Made by a program: the position numbers and the translations under genes | Assembly: GCF_006345805.1 (NCBI RefSeq) | Contig: NW_021826031.1 | Span: 248,001 to 312,000 of the forward strand | Direction: 5' to 3' | Origin: Octopus sinensis | Lineage: Eukaryota | Length of the DNA stretch: 64,000 nucleotides | Shown here: positions 52,174-63,769 of the stretch, one piece after another | Numbering within the stretch: position 1 is the first letter of the stretch | Layout of the letters: every line of letters starts with the position of its first letter | The notes under the pieces: generated by a model | What the model saw: only the letters and a program-made list of their open reading frames with translations | Told to the model about the DNA's origin: nothing | Databases searched by the model: none

Positions 52174-53844
52174 TAGGGCAACCAAAAGTCATATAAGTCA
52201 TATTATTTTTTATTGGTCATATTGATGTTATTTCTATAATTAATAAACTATTATTATATTTTTTAATAGTTTTATTAATTTTTTTAGGTCTTATAGGTCA
52301 TATTTTATGCCGTTAGGTCATATTATTTTTTTATGTCATATTTTTTTTGTCAGGTCATATTTATATTTATTAAATCATATATTTTTATTAATCTTTGTTT
52401 AAATTTTGACAATAACACGTTTTCACACGTTTTGGTAGTTGGCCGCTTAAATATTATAGATTTTTACATGCCGAAACAAAAGCAATCTAACAATCAAAAG
52501 TTAAATAAAATAATTAAACGATACCCGTCTGAATTTCAGATTGATTCAGCCGGACGTTTATTTTGTTTGAAATGCTCAGTTTTTGTTAATTTTACGAAAA
52601 CGTTTAATGTGGTGCAGCACAGGGAAACTACCCGGCATAAAAAGGAACAGACAAAATTTCAAACGCAACTCAACACTCCTCCGAAACTTGAAGCAAAGAA
52701 AAATTTCGGAATTTGCTTAGTCGAAATGATGACGAAGGCGAATATACCTTTTTACAAAATAAGAAATGAACACTTTATTAATTTTTTTAATAATCTCGGA
52801 TTTACTGTTCCCAGCGAAAGTTGGTGCAGAAATATAGTTCCAGATTTGCAATATCAATTGATTGAAATGCTTAAAACAATTATGATATAAAAAGGGAAAA
52901 TTTTTTATTATTTATTTCTGATGCTGCCCGTTATATGACTTTAGCAGCGAGTACATTGAAGGTTATGTATATTAAAATGATTCATATAACTTGTTTTGCT
53001 CATCTTCTGCACAATTGTGCATTAAAGATTAGAGCACATTATAAATATATTGACGACTTAATCTTGTCTATCAAAATGTCGATTGTAAAAAATCCCTCCC
53101 GGAGGAGTCTTTTTACAGTTATTGGACTTCCACCTGATGTTGTTCTAACAAGATGGGGCAGCTGGTCGGACGCAGCAAAATATTATAGTCGACATCTTTC
53201 AAGAGTTCGCGAAATTGTCTTATCCTATCCAAATTGTGGAAAGATTGTGATGAATGCGAAAAATGCTGTTAGCTCTGAAAATTTGGAGAAAAATCTGGCA
53301 GAGTTAATGGCTTCATACAACCCTATTATTGATGAAATCAGAAAATGCCAAGAAAAATTTTATACAATTAAAGATGCAATTGAATTCATTGATTCCGTTA
53401 ATTTTGGTGAGGATAATTGTGACATCAACAAGTATTTTTTAAAGCGGATAAGTATGTTACCATGGACGAATATTAAAAATGCTAGAATTTCTAGTATTTC
53501 TCCAGAAACATTTATTTACTTATGGAAATGTCCTTCAACATCAATATCTGCAGAAAGAAGCTTTTCTATGCTGAATAAATTGCTCGAAAAGGATAGAAAC
53601 TTCAAGCCAGAAAATATTAAATATTATATGATGCAATATTATAATAAATTCATTGATTGAAATGTTTAATTTTTTCATATTTTCAAATTCAGAATATCTA
53701 AAAATCAAAATTCGATAGGTCATATTTTGATTTTTTAGGTCATATTTTAATATTTTTAAGTTATATTTTAGAATTTTAAAGTCATAAAGTCATATTTTTT
53801 ACGGTCATATTTAACTTTTTAAGGTCATATTTCTGGTTGCCCTA
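52174..53844 (+). mobile_element. hAT with CGGBP1-like transposase (internally deleted)
   Basis: TIR TAGGGCAACC / GGTTGCCCTA; TSD CTGATCAC (52166-52173, 53845-53852); GGTCATATT subterminal repeats; RLFCLKC...VVQHRETTRH zinc finger, ANIPFYKI, SDAA.YM, IHITCFAHLLH, TRWGSW, STSISAERSFS. Confidence 0.9.
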
Positions 53845-54595
53845 CTGATCACCCATGTCACATATTAAAATTCGAATATTTTATTAAATATATTATCGCC
53901 CCCCTGTACAAAATTTTCGCCCCTAGGGGGCGATTCGCTCCCGGTTGAGAACACCTGGATTAAGTGATCTGGTCGATTCTGTTCCCAATAGTCCGAATTG
54001 CGATTGTTTACTATAGTGGGGTGGTCTATCAATGTTTCGTTGTCGGTCGGGGGAAAGAAGACTCATGTTCGGCATTGTTGGCTCTTGGTTGAGGTTTTCC
54101 CTTCTCTTTTTCGATAAAAAATTTGATTTCGATTTCTTCCAGGTCGAGGTGCTGGATTGAGTTTTCTAGTTTGTTACCTCGTACACTTCTTCGTCGTTTA
54201 TTCCATCAAAAATTTTGTTTTTGATGTTTTCCTGTTGATTGCATTCCAGTGGATGTTCGGCAGTGGTTTCCTCGCCGTGGGAATATTTTTTGTTTTTATG
54301 CCTGCAATAATCACTCATAAATAACTCCTCCGCGATGACCCCGGGGGAGGAGGAGGCGGAGGAGCCTCACCAGTCTGCATAAAACCACGTTAATATACCT
54401 TATTCAGCGGCAGAGGAGGTAAAGGGGTCATATCAGTATGCATAAAACCACGTGAATATACTTTATTGGGCGATGGGGAAGTAACTGGACATTGTATCTC
54501 CTCCTTTGGGAAAGAAGGGACTGAAAATTGATGGTTCGGGAGGGACTTCTTGGAAGTGTCCGAGTCTTTTATAATCTTAATAATAAAATGGTATG

Positions 54596-54648
54596 GTGTG
54601 TGTCTGTCTGTCTGTCTGTGTGTCTGTCTGTCTGTCTGTCTGTCTGTG
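54596..54648. repeat. (GTCT)n/(GT)n microsatellite
   Basis: Direct reading of the sequence. Confidence 0.95.
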
Positions 54649-54684
54649 CACACCCACATTCAAATTGTTACAAACCAGATCAAT

Positions 54685-55718
54685 AAAAAAATTATTTTCT
54701 GCGTTTTTGTTAAAATGAACAACAAGAAAGTCCTCGACTCACATGATGTGGTCCCCCAAAACCTTCAAGGTAAAAATTAAAAAAATTATTTTCTGCGTTT
54801 TTGTTAAAATGAACAACAAGAAAGTCCTCGACTCACATGATGTGGTCCCCCAAAACTTCAAGCAAAAAATTAAAAAAAATTATTTTCTGCGTTTTTGTTA
54901 AAATAACAACAAGAAAGTCCTCGACTCACATGATGTGGTCCCCCAAAACCTTCAAGCCAAAAATTAAAAAAAATTATTTTCTGCGTTTTTGTTAAATGAA
55001 CAACAAGAAAGTCCTCGACTCACATGATGTGGTCCCCCAAAACTTTCAAGCCAAAAAATTAAAAAAATTATTTTCTGCGTTTTTGTTAAAATGAACAACA
55101 AGAAAGTCCTCGACTCACATGATGTGGTCCCCCAAAACCTTCAAGCCAAAAATTAAAAAAATTATTTTCTGCGGTTTGTTAAAATGAACAACAAGAAAGT
55201 CCTCGACTCACATGATGTGGTCCCCCAAAACCTTCAAGCCAAAAAATTAAAAAAATTATTTTCTGCGTTTTTGTTAAAATGAACAACAAGAAAGTCCTCG
55301 ACTCACATGATGTGGTCCCCCAAAACCTTCAAGCCAAAAAATTAAAAAAAATTATTTTCTGCGTTTTTGTTAAAATGAACAACAAGAAAGTCCTCGACTC
55401 ACATGATGTGGTCCCTCAAAACCTTCAAGCCAAAAAATTAAAAAAATTATTTTCTGCGTTTTTGTTAAAATGAACAACAAGAAAGTCCTCGACTCACATG
55501 ATGTGGTCCCTCAAAACCTTCAAGCCAAAAAATTAAAAAAAATTATTTTCTGCGTTTTTGTTAAATGAACAACAAGAAAGTCCTCGACTCACATGATGTG
55601 GTCCCCCAAAACCTTCAAGCCCAAAAATTAAAAAAAAAATATTTTCTGCGTTTTTGTTAAAATGAACGACAAGAAAGTCCTCGACTCACATGATGAGGTC
55701 CTCCACAACCTTCAAGCC
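54685..55718. repeat. Tandem array, 11 units of 93-97 bp
   Basis: TCCTCGACTCAC recurs at 54731, 54825, 54918, 55012, 55107, 55200, 55295, 55391, 55486, 55581 and 55678; length variation lies mainly in A/T runs. Confidence 0.97.
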
Positions 55719-57634
55719 TCGTGAGGCCATTAATTAGCTTAGCTATCTTTTTTCGATGACATAAATTCTTTTTTGTTAAATTTTCGTTAAAAAAATAAAA
55801 TAAAAGCTCTAATTGTTATCGACCATGAATAGACTGTGCAATTATCAGATTTTGAAAACCACTAAAAAGGAAAAAGCAAAAATTATTAGAGATTTACATA
55901 ATTGATTCTTTTTAACTGCCGAAACTGACAAATTCGATTATGCTACTGTTTAGATTTCTTAAAAGATAGAGGCAAATAAAATTTAAATTAGTCATGTAAA
56001 TTTCAATTTGCCTATATTTAAATCTCCTTGATTTAACAGGCTTTAATTTTTTTCCTTATAATACTACAAAGATGAAGCTGATTATCATTTTCTTTACCGA
56101 AACAGACAAGTTCGATTATGCTAAAGTTTCAATTCCTTTAAACATAGAGGCAATTAAGTATAATGGCTTTGATTGGATAATACACTTTACATAAATTTCA
56201 CTAAATAAATTTACGTAGAAAATTTAATATAAATTACTGATTCGCGTTTACAAAATCATAAGCATGTCCTATAAAGAGAGATCTGAGAATGTTAACAAAC
56301 AAGAGAATATGAACCATATAACAAAAAAAGAGAAACGAGGGAAGATGTGCTTAAATGGTGAGGGAACTTAGACAACAGCTGAACAAGGTCAGGACTGCTG
56401 TTAGACTCAACTACGGGTAATAGAATTATGCATTCTAGGTTAATTGTTTGGGATGAATGTACGATGGCTCATAAAGGCGCATTCAAGCAGTTGACCGAAC
56501 ATATAGAGATATCAAGAATTGTAGCGACCATTTGTTTGGGGGAGCATTAGTTGTATTGGCAGGTGATTTTAGACAGACGCTGCCAATTATTCAAAGAGGG
56601 ACGCCTGCGGATGAATTGAATGCCTGCCTCAAATCGTCATATTTGTGGACACACGTGAAAAAGGTAAGCTTAGATGTAAATGTACATGCACATTTACAAG
56701 GCGTTAATAGCATATTCCCACAAATCCCTCTAGATATTGGAAATGGGGCAATCACTTCAGAAATGCACGACCAGAAAATTAGGCTACCGGAAGAATTATG
56801 TATTTTCGTAGAAACAGCAGAAGAATTATTGAATGCCGTCTATTCCGAACTATCTGAACACTACGTGAATTTCGACTGGCTGCGTGAACGAGCTATATCA
56901 GCTCCACTTAATGATGAGGTACTTAATATAAATTTAGATTTATTAATGAAAATCCCTGGCAGAGAAAGAATATATAAATCGGTCGACGTTATTATGGACC
57001 ATGAAAGGGCCTGCGATAGATTTAAGAGACTACAATTTCCGCTGAAGATAAGTTTTGCTATGACAATAAACAAGGCCCAGGGACAGTCTTTAAAGGTAGT
57101 AGGCTTATTTTTAGAGAACGAGTGCTTTTCACATGGCCAGCTGTATGTGGGGTGCTCAAGGGTAGGTAGAAGAGAAATTTATTTATATTTGCCAAGGATG
57201 GACGGACTGCAAACATCGTTTATCCACAGGCCTTAGAATAAGGTTATATCAAAGCAGGTCGCATTTATATATCTACATAAATTTATAGTTATTTAAGGAA
57301 ACTGCGAGCGTAGCGAGCAGGGCCTCCGCAGGAGCTAGCTCGCAGTGAGCGAAGCGAACTGCTGAGCTAGTGGATATCTAAAATGGGTTGTTTTGGAGTA
57401 CATAGGTCTTGTGGAATGGTTTGAGAGAGTCCTAAGAATTACTACTTTGGGGGACCACTTTGATGAGACAGTCCTTGACTGACTTATAATCCATATAGCG
57501 TGCCTTTGTGGGTAATGTGAGGCTGCAGTTCTTCAAATTAATTTTTTGACTTTTTTACATTGATTGAACTTGTCTAGTCTGCTCTGAAAATTGAGTTTGT
57601 TGTCCTGGTAGTGCTGGATGGCCTTGGAGGCCGG

Positions 57635-60366
57635 ATGCTATTTGTGTCAGTCGTGCTATTCCTTGCTCTGTTTTGACAAAAGTGGCAATAAAATCGGGAA
57701 TTTTGTGACTTATGCAGAGTCTGACTTTGTTCTTTGATTTTTTATTATTTTTTAAGGAAAATGTTTTTATTTTAATTGATCCAAGTTCGTTTACTAGAAC
57801 ATTAAAGTCAGCTTGTTTATGAAAGGTCGTGTAACTATGAATTAAGCATATTTTTAGTCTGTTGTTGTATGGAAAGAAGTTGATTTACTAGGAAATCTGA
57901 TCTTTGCTGTTTTAGAAGAATGCATTAATTCTTTAAAAATTTCTGTAAGGATGGATTAGTATCTCTATATTAGTGTATGTAAAAAGGGATTCGAAATGTT
58001 TGAGATCAAACGGGTGGATACGGTCATTTCGCTTGAAGGAAAAATCGTAAAACACAGTTATTTAAGTACCATAGGTAAAACTGAGCCATAGAATTTACCG
58101 AGCAATAAAATTTTTAAAATGAAAAGATCATTAAAAAAAATCATTAAATTGTTGTTCTTTTTTAATTAATTTATACGTTCGAGTAAATTCATTTTGATAA
58201 AAAAGGATTTCAATTTTTAAAGTACAGTAAAGTCTCTCGAATTCGCCAATTTCGGGGATCGGCAAAATCTGGCGGATTCGAAAGACTTATCGATTTTTTA
58301 ATCCATTAATAATTTAAATTATAAACTTTATTAATTTTTTTTTAAATAAAAATAACCAATAACTACAAGTTAATTAATTAAAAGCTTCAAGGGCGGGAAG
58401 CCGACGCGATCGAGAAAGAGTTAGAGCGTACTATCGCAAGGGATATCCGCTCGAAAAACCATCTCGATTCGCGGGCGTCGCCTGTGATGGCAGACATGCG
58501 GGACCCGATCTCCTGATTTAAATTATTAAGCCAAAATAATTAATTAAAAACAAAAAAATCAGTAAGTTTCGACTTGTTTCTTCTTAGAGTTTGGATCATT
58601 GAAGATCCAATGTTTTCAATATACTCAAGATTTTCTATATTAAAGAATTTAGCTTTATAGCCAGATTTAATGGTTTTACAAACACTCTTAGACGGTATCA
58701 TTTTGTAAAATAAGCCAGTTTCATCGGCATTATAAACATTTTGAGCTCCGTAAAGACTGATTTTATTTTTGATTAATTCAATGAAATCTGATACTAAATT
58801 AGGGTCAAAATTTCGAGTTGCAGATTCTCCATGCATATTACGTAATTTCAAACCATTCCTCTTTTTAAATTTAACTAACCACCCTTTGCTTCCTTTGAAT
58901 TCAGTAATCCCGAGATTCAATGCAAAGGCTTTTGCTTTCTCAGTAATAATCCTATCATTTAAAATGGCTCCTTTAAGATCCATTGAATTGACCCAAGCAA
59001 TAGTATTATCATCGATTTCAGCAAACTTTAAATATTGTTTGCGGGAAATTTCAGATCTTAGGTTATGAAACATAATGTTAGATCCTCTTTTAATTTTCAG
59101 ATCATCAATAGATCGGCGAGAAACAGGCAAGTTGTATTTTTTTGAAAAAATCTCAGAAATTTTGAGTGAAGATAATTCATTATTTGTTTGAATAAACTTC
59201 AAAATCTCAATTTTTTGATTGTTTTTTAGTCTTGTACAGTTACGTTTCATTAATACAACAACAAAGACAGATGTAACGTGTTAATAAATTGATTATATAT
59301 CAGTAAATTTAATTAAAAAAATTATTTAAAATTAGGACACATGGCGGATTCATTATAAAAAATATGGCGGATTCGAGAATTTGGCGGATTCGAGAATTTT
59401 TTCTAGGAAAAATGGCGGATAAGAGAATTTATTAATTATAATTGGCGGATTCGAGGGTATGGCGGATTCGAGAGACTTTACTGTATTTTGAATGTTTTTT
59501 TCGAATTTACAAGAGAATTTGTTCTTTTAAGTTCTATTCTCATCATCAATGGTTAAAAAACCAGAATGACTATTAAAGTAGTCGCCATTTCATTTAATTC
59601 CGCCAATTTTTGAATTGATGAATTTATTTTGATCAACTAAAATTATTTAAAAATTAAAACCTATTTTTAATTATTTTTTGGCAGACACTTTTAGAAAAGA
59701 CAGATTTATAGAAATTCGATTTAACCACAAAATATTTTAAATATCCAAATCCTTAAAATATTATGTCACAAGCCAATAAAAAATATTGAAATTTCAAAAT
59801 TGAGATTAATAAACTTAATTAAAATTGGGTTTTTTAATTTTCATACGGTAAAAATGACCATCTTTTCTAATCTTGATGTTTTTTATTTTATGAAATTTAA
59901 ATATTTGTGCAAAAAATACATTTGTATAAAAATGGACAAATTTCTGATTATTTTATAAAGCTTCGTAGATTAAATTTGAAAATAGATCCTAACTTATAAC
60001 AGGAAACTAATAAAAAGAATAAAAATAAGAACACACGTTAAAAATCATAATATTCTACTTTGAAAGTTCATTAAATAAATCAAATTTTCTTAACTTCCAA
60101 CGGCTTCTCTACAAATAACCCCAACCCAAAACCATTTCCTCGTTTTCTGTGAGCGTGTTTAAACGCACTCCCCGACTTGAGTGCCTCCAACAAACTCTCC
60201 ATGATCCCCTCATTCGCATCATACTTACTAAAAGTCGCCTTCCGCTTGTTAAGCGAGTTCTTCCTACGATTCTCATTCTCCTTACGCTGATTGATCTCGT
60301 CCACCGTGTCCTTAAAAATGCCACAAAATGAAAACCTTAAACTGCTTACTGAATTTAGCAATCGAC
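57635..60366 (+). repeat. Segmental duplication copy 2 (partner 42076-44397)
   Basis: Starts inside the last SNAPC3 exon (CYLCQSCYSLLCFD) and runs into the intact formin gene. Confidence 0.92.
58225..59483 (-). mobile_element. Tigger/pogo element (internally deleted)
   Basis: TIR CAGTAAAGTCTCTCGAAT.CGCCA, TA on both sides; empty site AAAGTATTTTG in copy 1 (about 42918-42928); CENP-B HTH, FKGSKGWLVKFKKR, VYNADETGLFYKMIP; GGCGGATTCGAG subterminal repeats. Confidence 0.95.
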
Positions 60367-63300
60367 TCCAAAATTGCAGTACAAGAAGTAGATCGTGAAG
60401 AAAGCGCAAAAAACTTGAACATCGAGTTGACCGAGTCGTCCATCCGTGACTTCATGTCCACAATAAGTTCTTGCTGGGGGATAACCTTCTCATAAAAGTC
60501 CTCAAAATCACCCAAATCACCAACTTGGAAAACGTCGACAAAATAATCTCCCTCAACTAGTGACTCGTAGTTGGGGATAAGCGTTGCCAATCTGTTCAGA
60601 TTTCGTTCATATTGAGAAATAGACTGACAGATTACGTCAATACTCACTATCATGTTTTATCACTGTCCTACCATTGGCCGCACTCCTCACCGATACAAGA
60701 TCCTCCCCAAAGGTCAGGCTCTCCGGACATTTCTTCTCGACAGTCTCGACCAAGAAATGCATAAACGAAGTTGTTCCGTCGGCCGAACGAGTGTCCACCA
60801 ACTGGAATCACCACGGAAATATACTCGGGGCAGAATATTGATGTCAAATCCGTAAGTTTCCGCATTCCGAGTGTTGAGGTTGAGGATGTTCCCAATAAGG
60901 AGAACTACTTCCATCACTTGGGACAACTTGAGGGACTCCATTACTTGTCCACATGCCTCTGTCATGGTCGCAATAGCCTGAAATTAGAAGAAATGTTTAC
61001 AGATTTAGTCTCGATTACTGACTCATCAAACTGGGACATGAATAACATCAATTCGACACGATTGCGTAATCCCTGAATTTCAGATAACTTTAATTTGGTC
61101 ACAAAACAGTTACTTTAAAAAGATATTTCTCGGAATCTGCCAAATCGTCGTATTCCTTGGAATGGTCCAACAATTTCTTCATCAAATTCTCTTCAGGGAG
61201 TGCCTTTAAAAGCTGTTCCAAAGTAGCCGGCTGAATAATCGCACAATTCACCGCCAAAAACTCTTTCTGAAGTTCTTCCGGAGAAAGTTTCAAATTGGCA
61301 ATAAGAATGGCTGGAATATGAAGGAATGAACTAACAAATGGCCTGGGAAGTGTTGCTGTCGATCACACGGAGTTCTCTCAGTCTCCGTTTATTTCCGTCC
61401 TCGTTTCCTGCTGTGTGAGTCTTCTGAGAGGCAAAGATCTGTTCCAACGACTCCAATAACGAAGCATCAAAAAATCGGCCCTCCCGTGCCTTCACCCACA
61501 AACAATCCTCCCCAAAAGTCTCTGGCTTTATCTAAAACATCAATCACGGCCACAACCTGAGTCCAGTTTATATGCTTTGTGACAGCGGAAGACTCCATTT
61601 TGGGTTTTTGTGTCATTCCGTGGGGAAGTTGTACCGCCTGAGGTCTTTTTATAACAGTTGGGGCACGGAGTTGAAGAGACGGTGGCGGGGGAGGCACTTT
61701 CCCCCCAATCACCATGGGAGGTGGAGGAGGAGGCACAGCACACTCAATTTTTGGACAAGCCGAAACTGGTCGTTCTATTTTAAACGATTTTTGTCGAATT
61801 GGTGTTTTGTTGACTGATTTGGGACTCATTCCGTCACAAAGTTCAAATCTTGTGCCGAGTAGAGAACTTTTAGATTCGGCCTCCATCTTTGCAGTGAGTG
61901 CTGCGTTGAGTCTGGTCTCGTACTGTTCTCTCAGGGCGGCCATCTCTCTGTCCTTCTTTTTCATTCTGGCCTCAAACTTGTCTGTTGGTTATTTCAGACC
62001 AAGAAACTGGTTAAATGTTCAAAATCAAACTGAATCGTCCTATATTGGGGATCCGGGTTGATTCCTCCCTTTTGTAACACAATCTGACTCACAACCGACT
62101 CAATCACAGAGAAATACGAGTTTCTGTAGTTTAATCTACAAAGTTTCTCACCGACTGAAGGAATCATCTCGAATGAATAACATATGTTGGAAAATTGATG
62201 TTAAAAGTATCTCAGACTCAGTTCCAGTCACCACTGTCCTTAAAAAATTCCAAGTGTCGTCCAATGATCTTAATTTAGAATAAATTATTACTGAAATTGT
62301 CCAGAAAAGTGATCAAATCGTGATTTAAGTTCTTCAAGGTCGTAATCAAATTGTTTTTGGAATATTTCGACTTGTCTTTTCACATCTGGGGACGAATTTT
62401 GACAGAAAGACTAAAATAGTCCACTCAACCAAACCTCATAAATCAGTCCCAATCCAGCCCGCATAATCTCACATCTCAAATGCTGTCGAAATTCCCATTC
62501 CTCAGGAGTAGAGACCACAGCATTCACAAGTTGGAGACACACCGACTAATCTTACCACCACATACCCTTACTTGTACTTGGAGAGAGAAACCACCGTTCA
62601 AAATTGACACCACCTCCGCAAAACGGTGGTGACTGTTCCTCTTGTTTCTCACGGAAGTGAACCCTTCCAAAACCTTCTCGTGTCTGAGTCTATAAATTCA
62701 AGAAATGAGGACCCAGATGGGTATATGCAGATAGCAGCGATTATTTTGATTACTTCGACCAGAATTTGTGCATCGGGAAAGGGAATACACTCAATGAGGG
62801 AACATATCAATTCAGGAGTAGCCAATGCCTCGTCCATTCCATATTTGGAGTTTATAAAACAGCCAATACACAGAACTGCCTGTTTAAGACAGTCAGTTTC
62901 CTCTGCCCTGATAATATAAAATGCCCAAAGTCACTTTAAATGGGTGTTTATGGAATTAATTAAAACAAGCAGGCCATTCCTTCCAAATGACTTTTTCCAC
63001 CTGCAATATTAAGACAGAATAGACTGGAGAGTGTCGTTACGGAGATGTACTCTCACTGTCTGTAGGAGATTGTATCTACGGATGTTTTTGTTGTTTGGTT
63101 TGGACAGCATGGCCACAAATTTCCCAGCATTCTCGTTCTTGTCCTGCTGGGTTATGATGATAGGCCACATTGAATGTCCGACGGTAGTTCATATCGAGAA
63201 TTTGCTTTTTGTGGACGTTACTTTGTAGACGAAGTGTCTGTTTCTTGTCGTCTGGAAGGTTCATGTCGTCCTATGGAGTTGTGGAACAGGATAGATACCA

Positions 63301-63436
63301 GAACTGTTTCGAAGGCTGCATCTATTTGTTCAGAAGTCATGTCTTCCACTATAGGTATGGACCCGTTGGAGATGGTTGAGAGATTTCGAGATTTTGTAAA
63401 TTTGTCAGTTGAATATTTTTTAAGAAAATTGCTCAT
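60080..63436 (-). CDS. DIAPH: Diaphanous-related formin (GBD-FH3-FH1-FH2-DAD)
   Basis: AFETVL..MNLPDDKKQTLR, IGCFINSKYGM, short poly-Pro FH1, INW, GFKGTPRP, LIGNILN..TRNAETYGFDI, EGIMESLLEALKSGSAF. Confidence 0.92.
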
Positions 63437-63769
63437 TTATTTGTTGATTAATTTATCAATAAAAAAGACCAACAAGAGCAAGTATAAAAGATAATATTAC
63501 CCGCACTTTACTTAATCTATATTTATTAACAGAATAAATCCCGTTAATTACTAAATTAAAATAATTACTGAATTAAACTATTTTATTAATTAATTTAATT
63601 AATTCAACAAAAACAAAAAAACGACAAACGAGCTAATCACTGTTTTGTAATATGGTTAACCACCACAATCAAAGCAAAACGAACATTCCTTTGTGGTGTA
63701 TATTTCGTTCTCTCTTCTTCATTTCCCTGCATATCAATCTTTGTATTACTTATTTCTTCTGCTCCAATA

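Larger units (their letters stand above)
49465..53862 (+). mobile_element. Ginger-like element (TGTGAC...GTCACA, 5-bp TSD TATTA)
   Basis: ~60-nt imperfect TIR TGTGACATGGG...GGGCAGCCTGTCCTT.TACGTGTTTCTATGG; right copy split by the hAT at 52174; TATTA at 49460-49464 and 53863-53867; EYNQIKEALIGIFPEDMHARSKRRFAKK resembles a GIN1/Ginger integrase N-terminus. Confidence 0.75.
47124..53957 (-). mobile_element. Buster-type hAT (ZBED5/8-like), host of a nested stack
   Basis: TIR CAGGCATTCTCAACC / GGTTGAGAACACCTG; perfect TSD GATTAAGT (47116-47123, 53958-53965); SHTIAENVI, PLSNDSIRRRI, FSLQIDES, ATDGAMSM, HCILHRHQL, HTEVRWLSKG, TFPTTYLVESGFS. Confidence 0.93.
54575..57370 (+). mobile_element. Non-autonomous Helitron with Pif1-helicase remnant
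   Basis: 5' A|TC (TCTTAATAATAAA) followed by (GTCT)n; 3' GC-rich palindromes ending GCTAG|T; helicase motifs WDECTM, FGG..VVLAGDFRQTLP, RLQFPLKISFAMTINKAQGQSL, FSHGQLYVGCSRV. Confidence 0.85.

Noticed and set aside
54685-55718. CRISPR array
   Set aside because: Units repeat over their whole length with no unique spacers, no cas genes, and a eukaryotic context.
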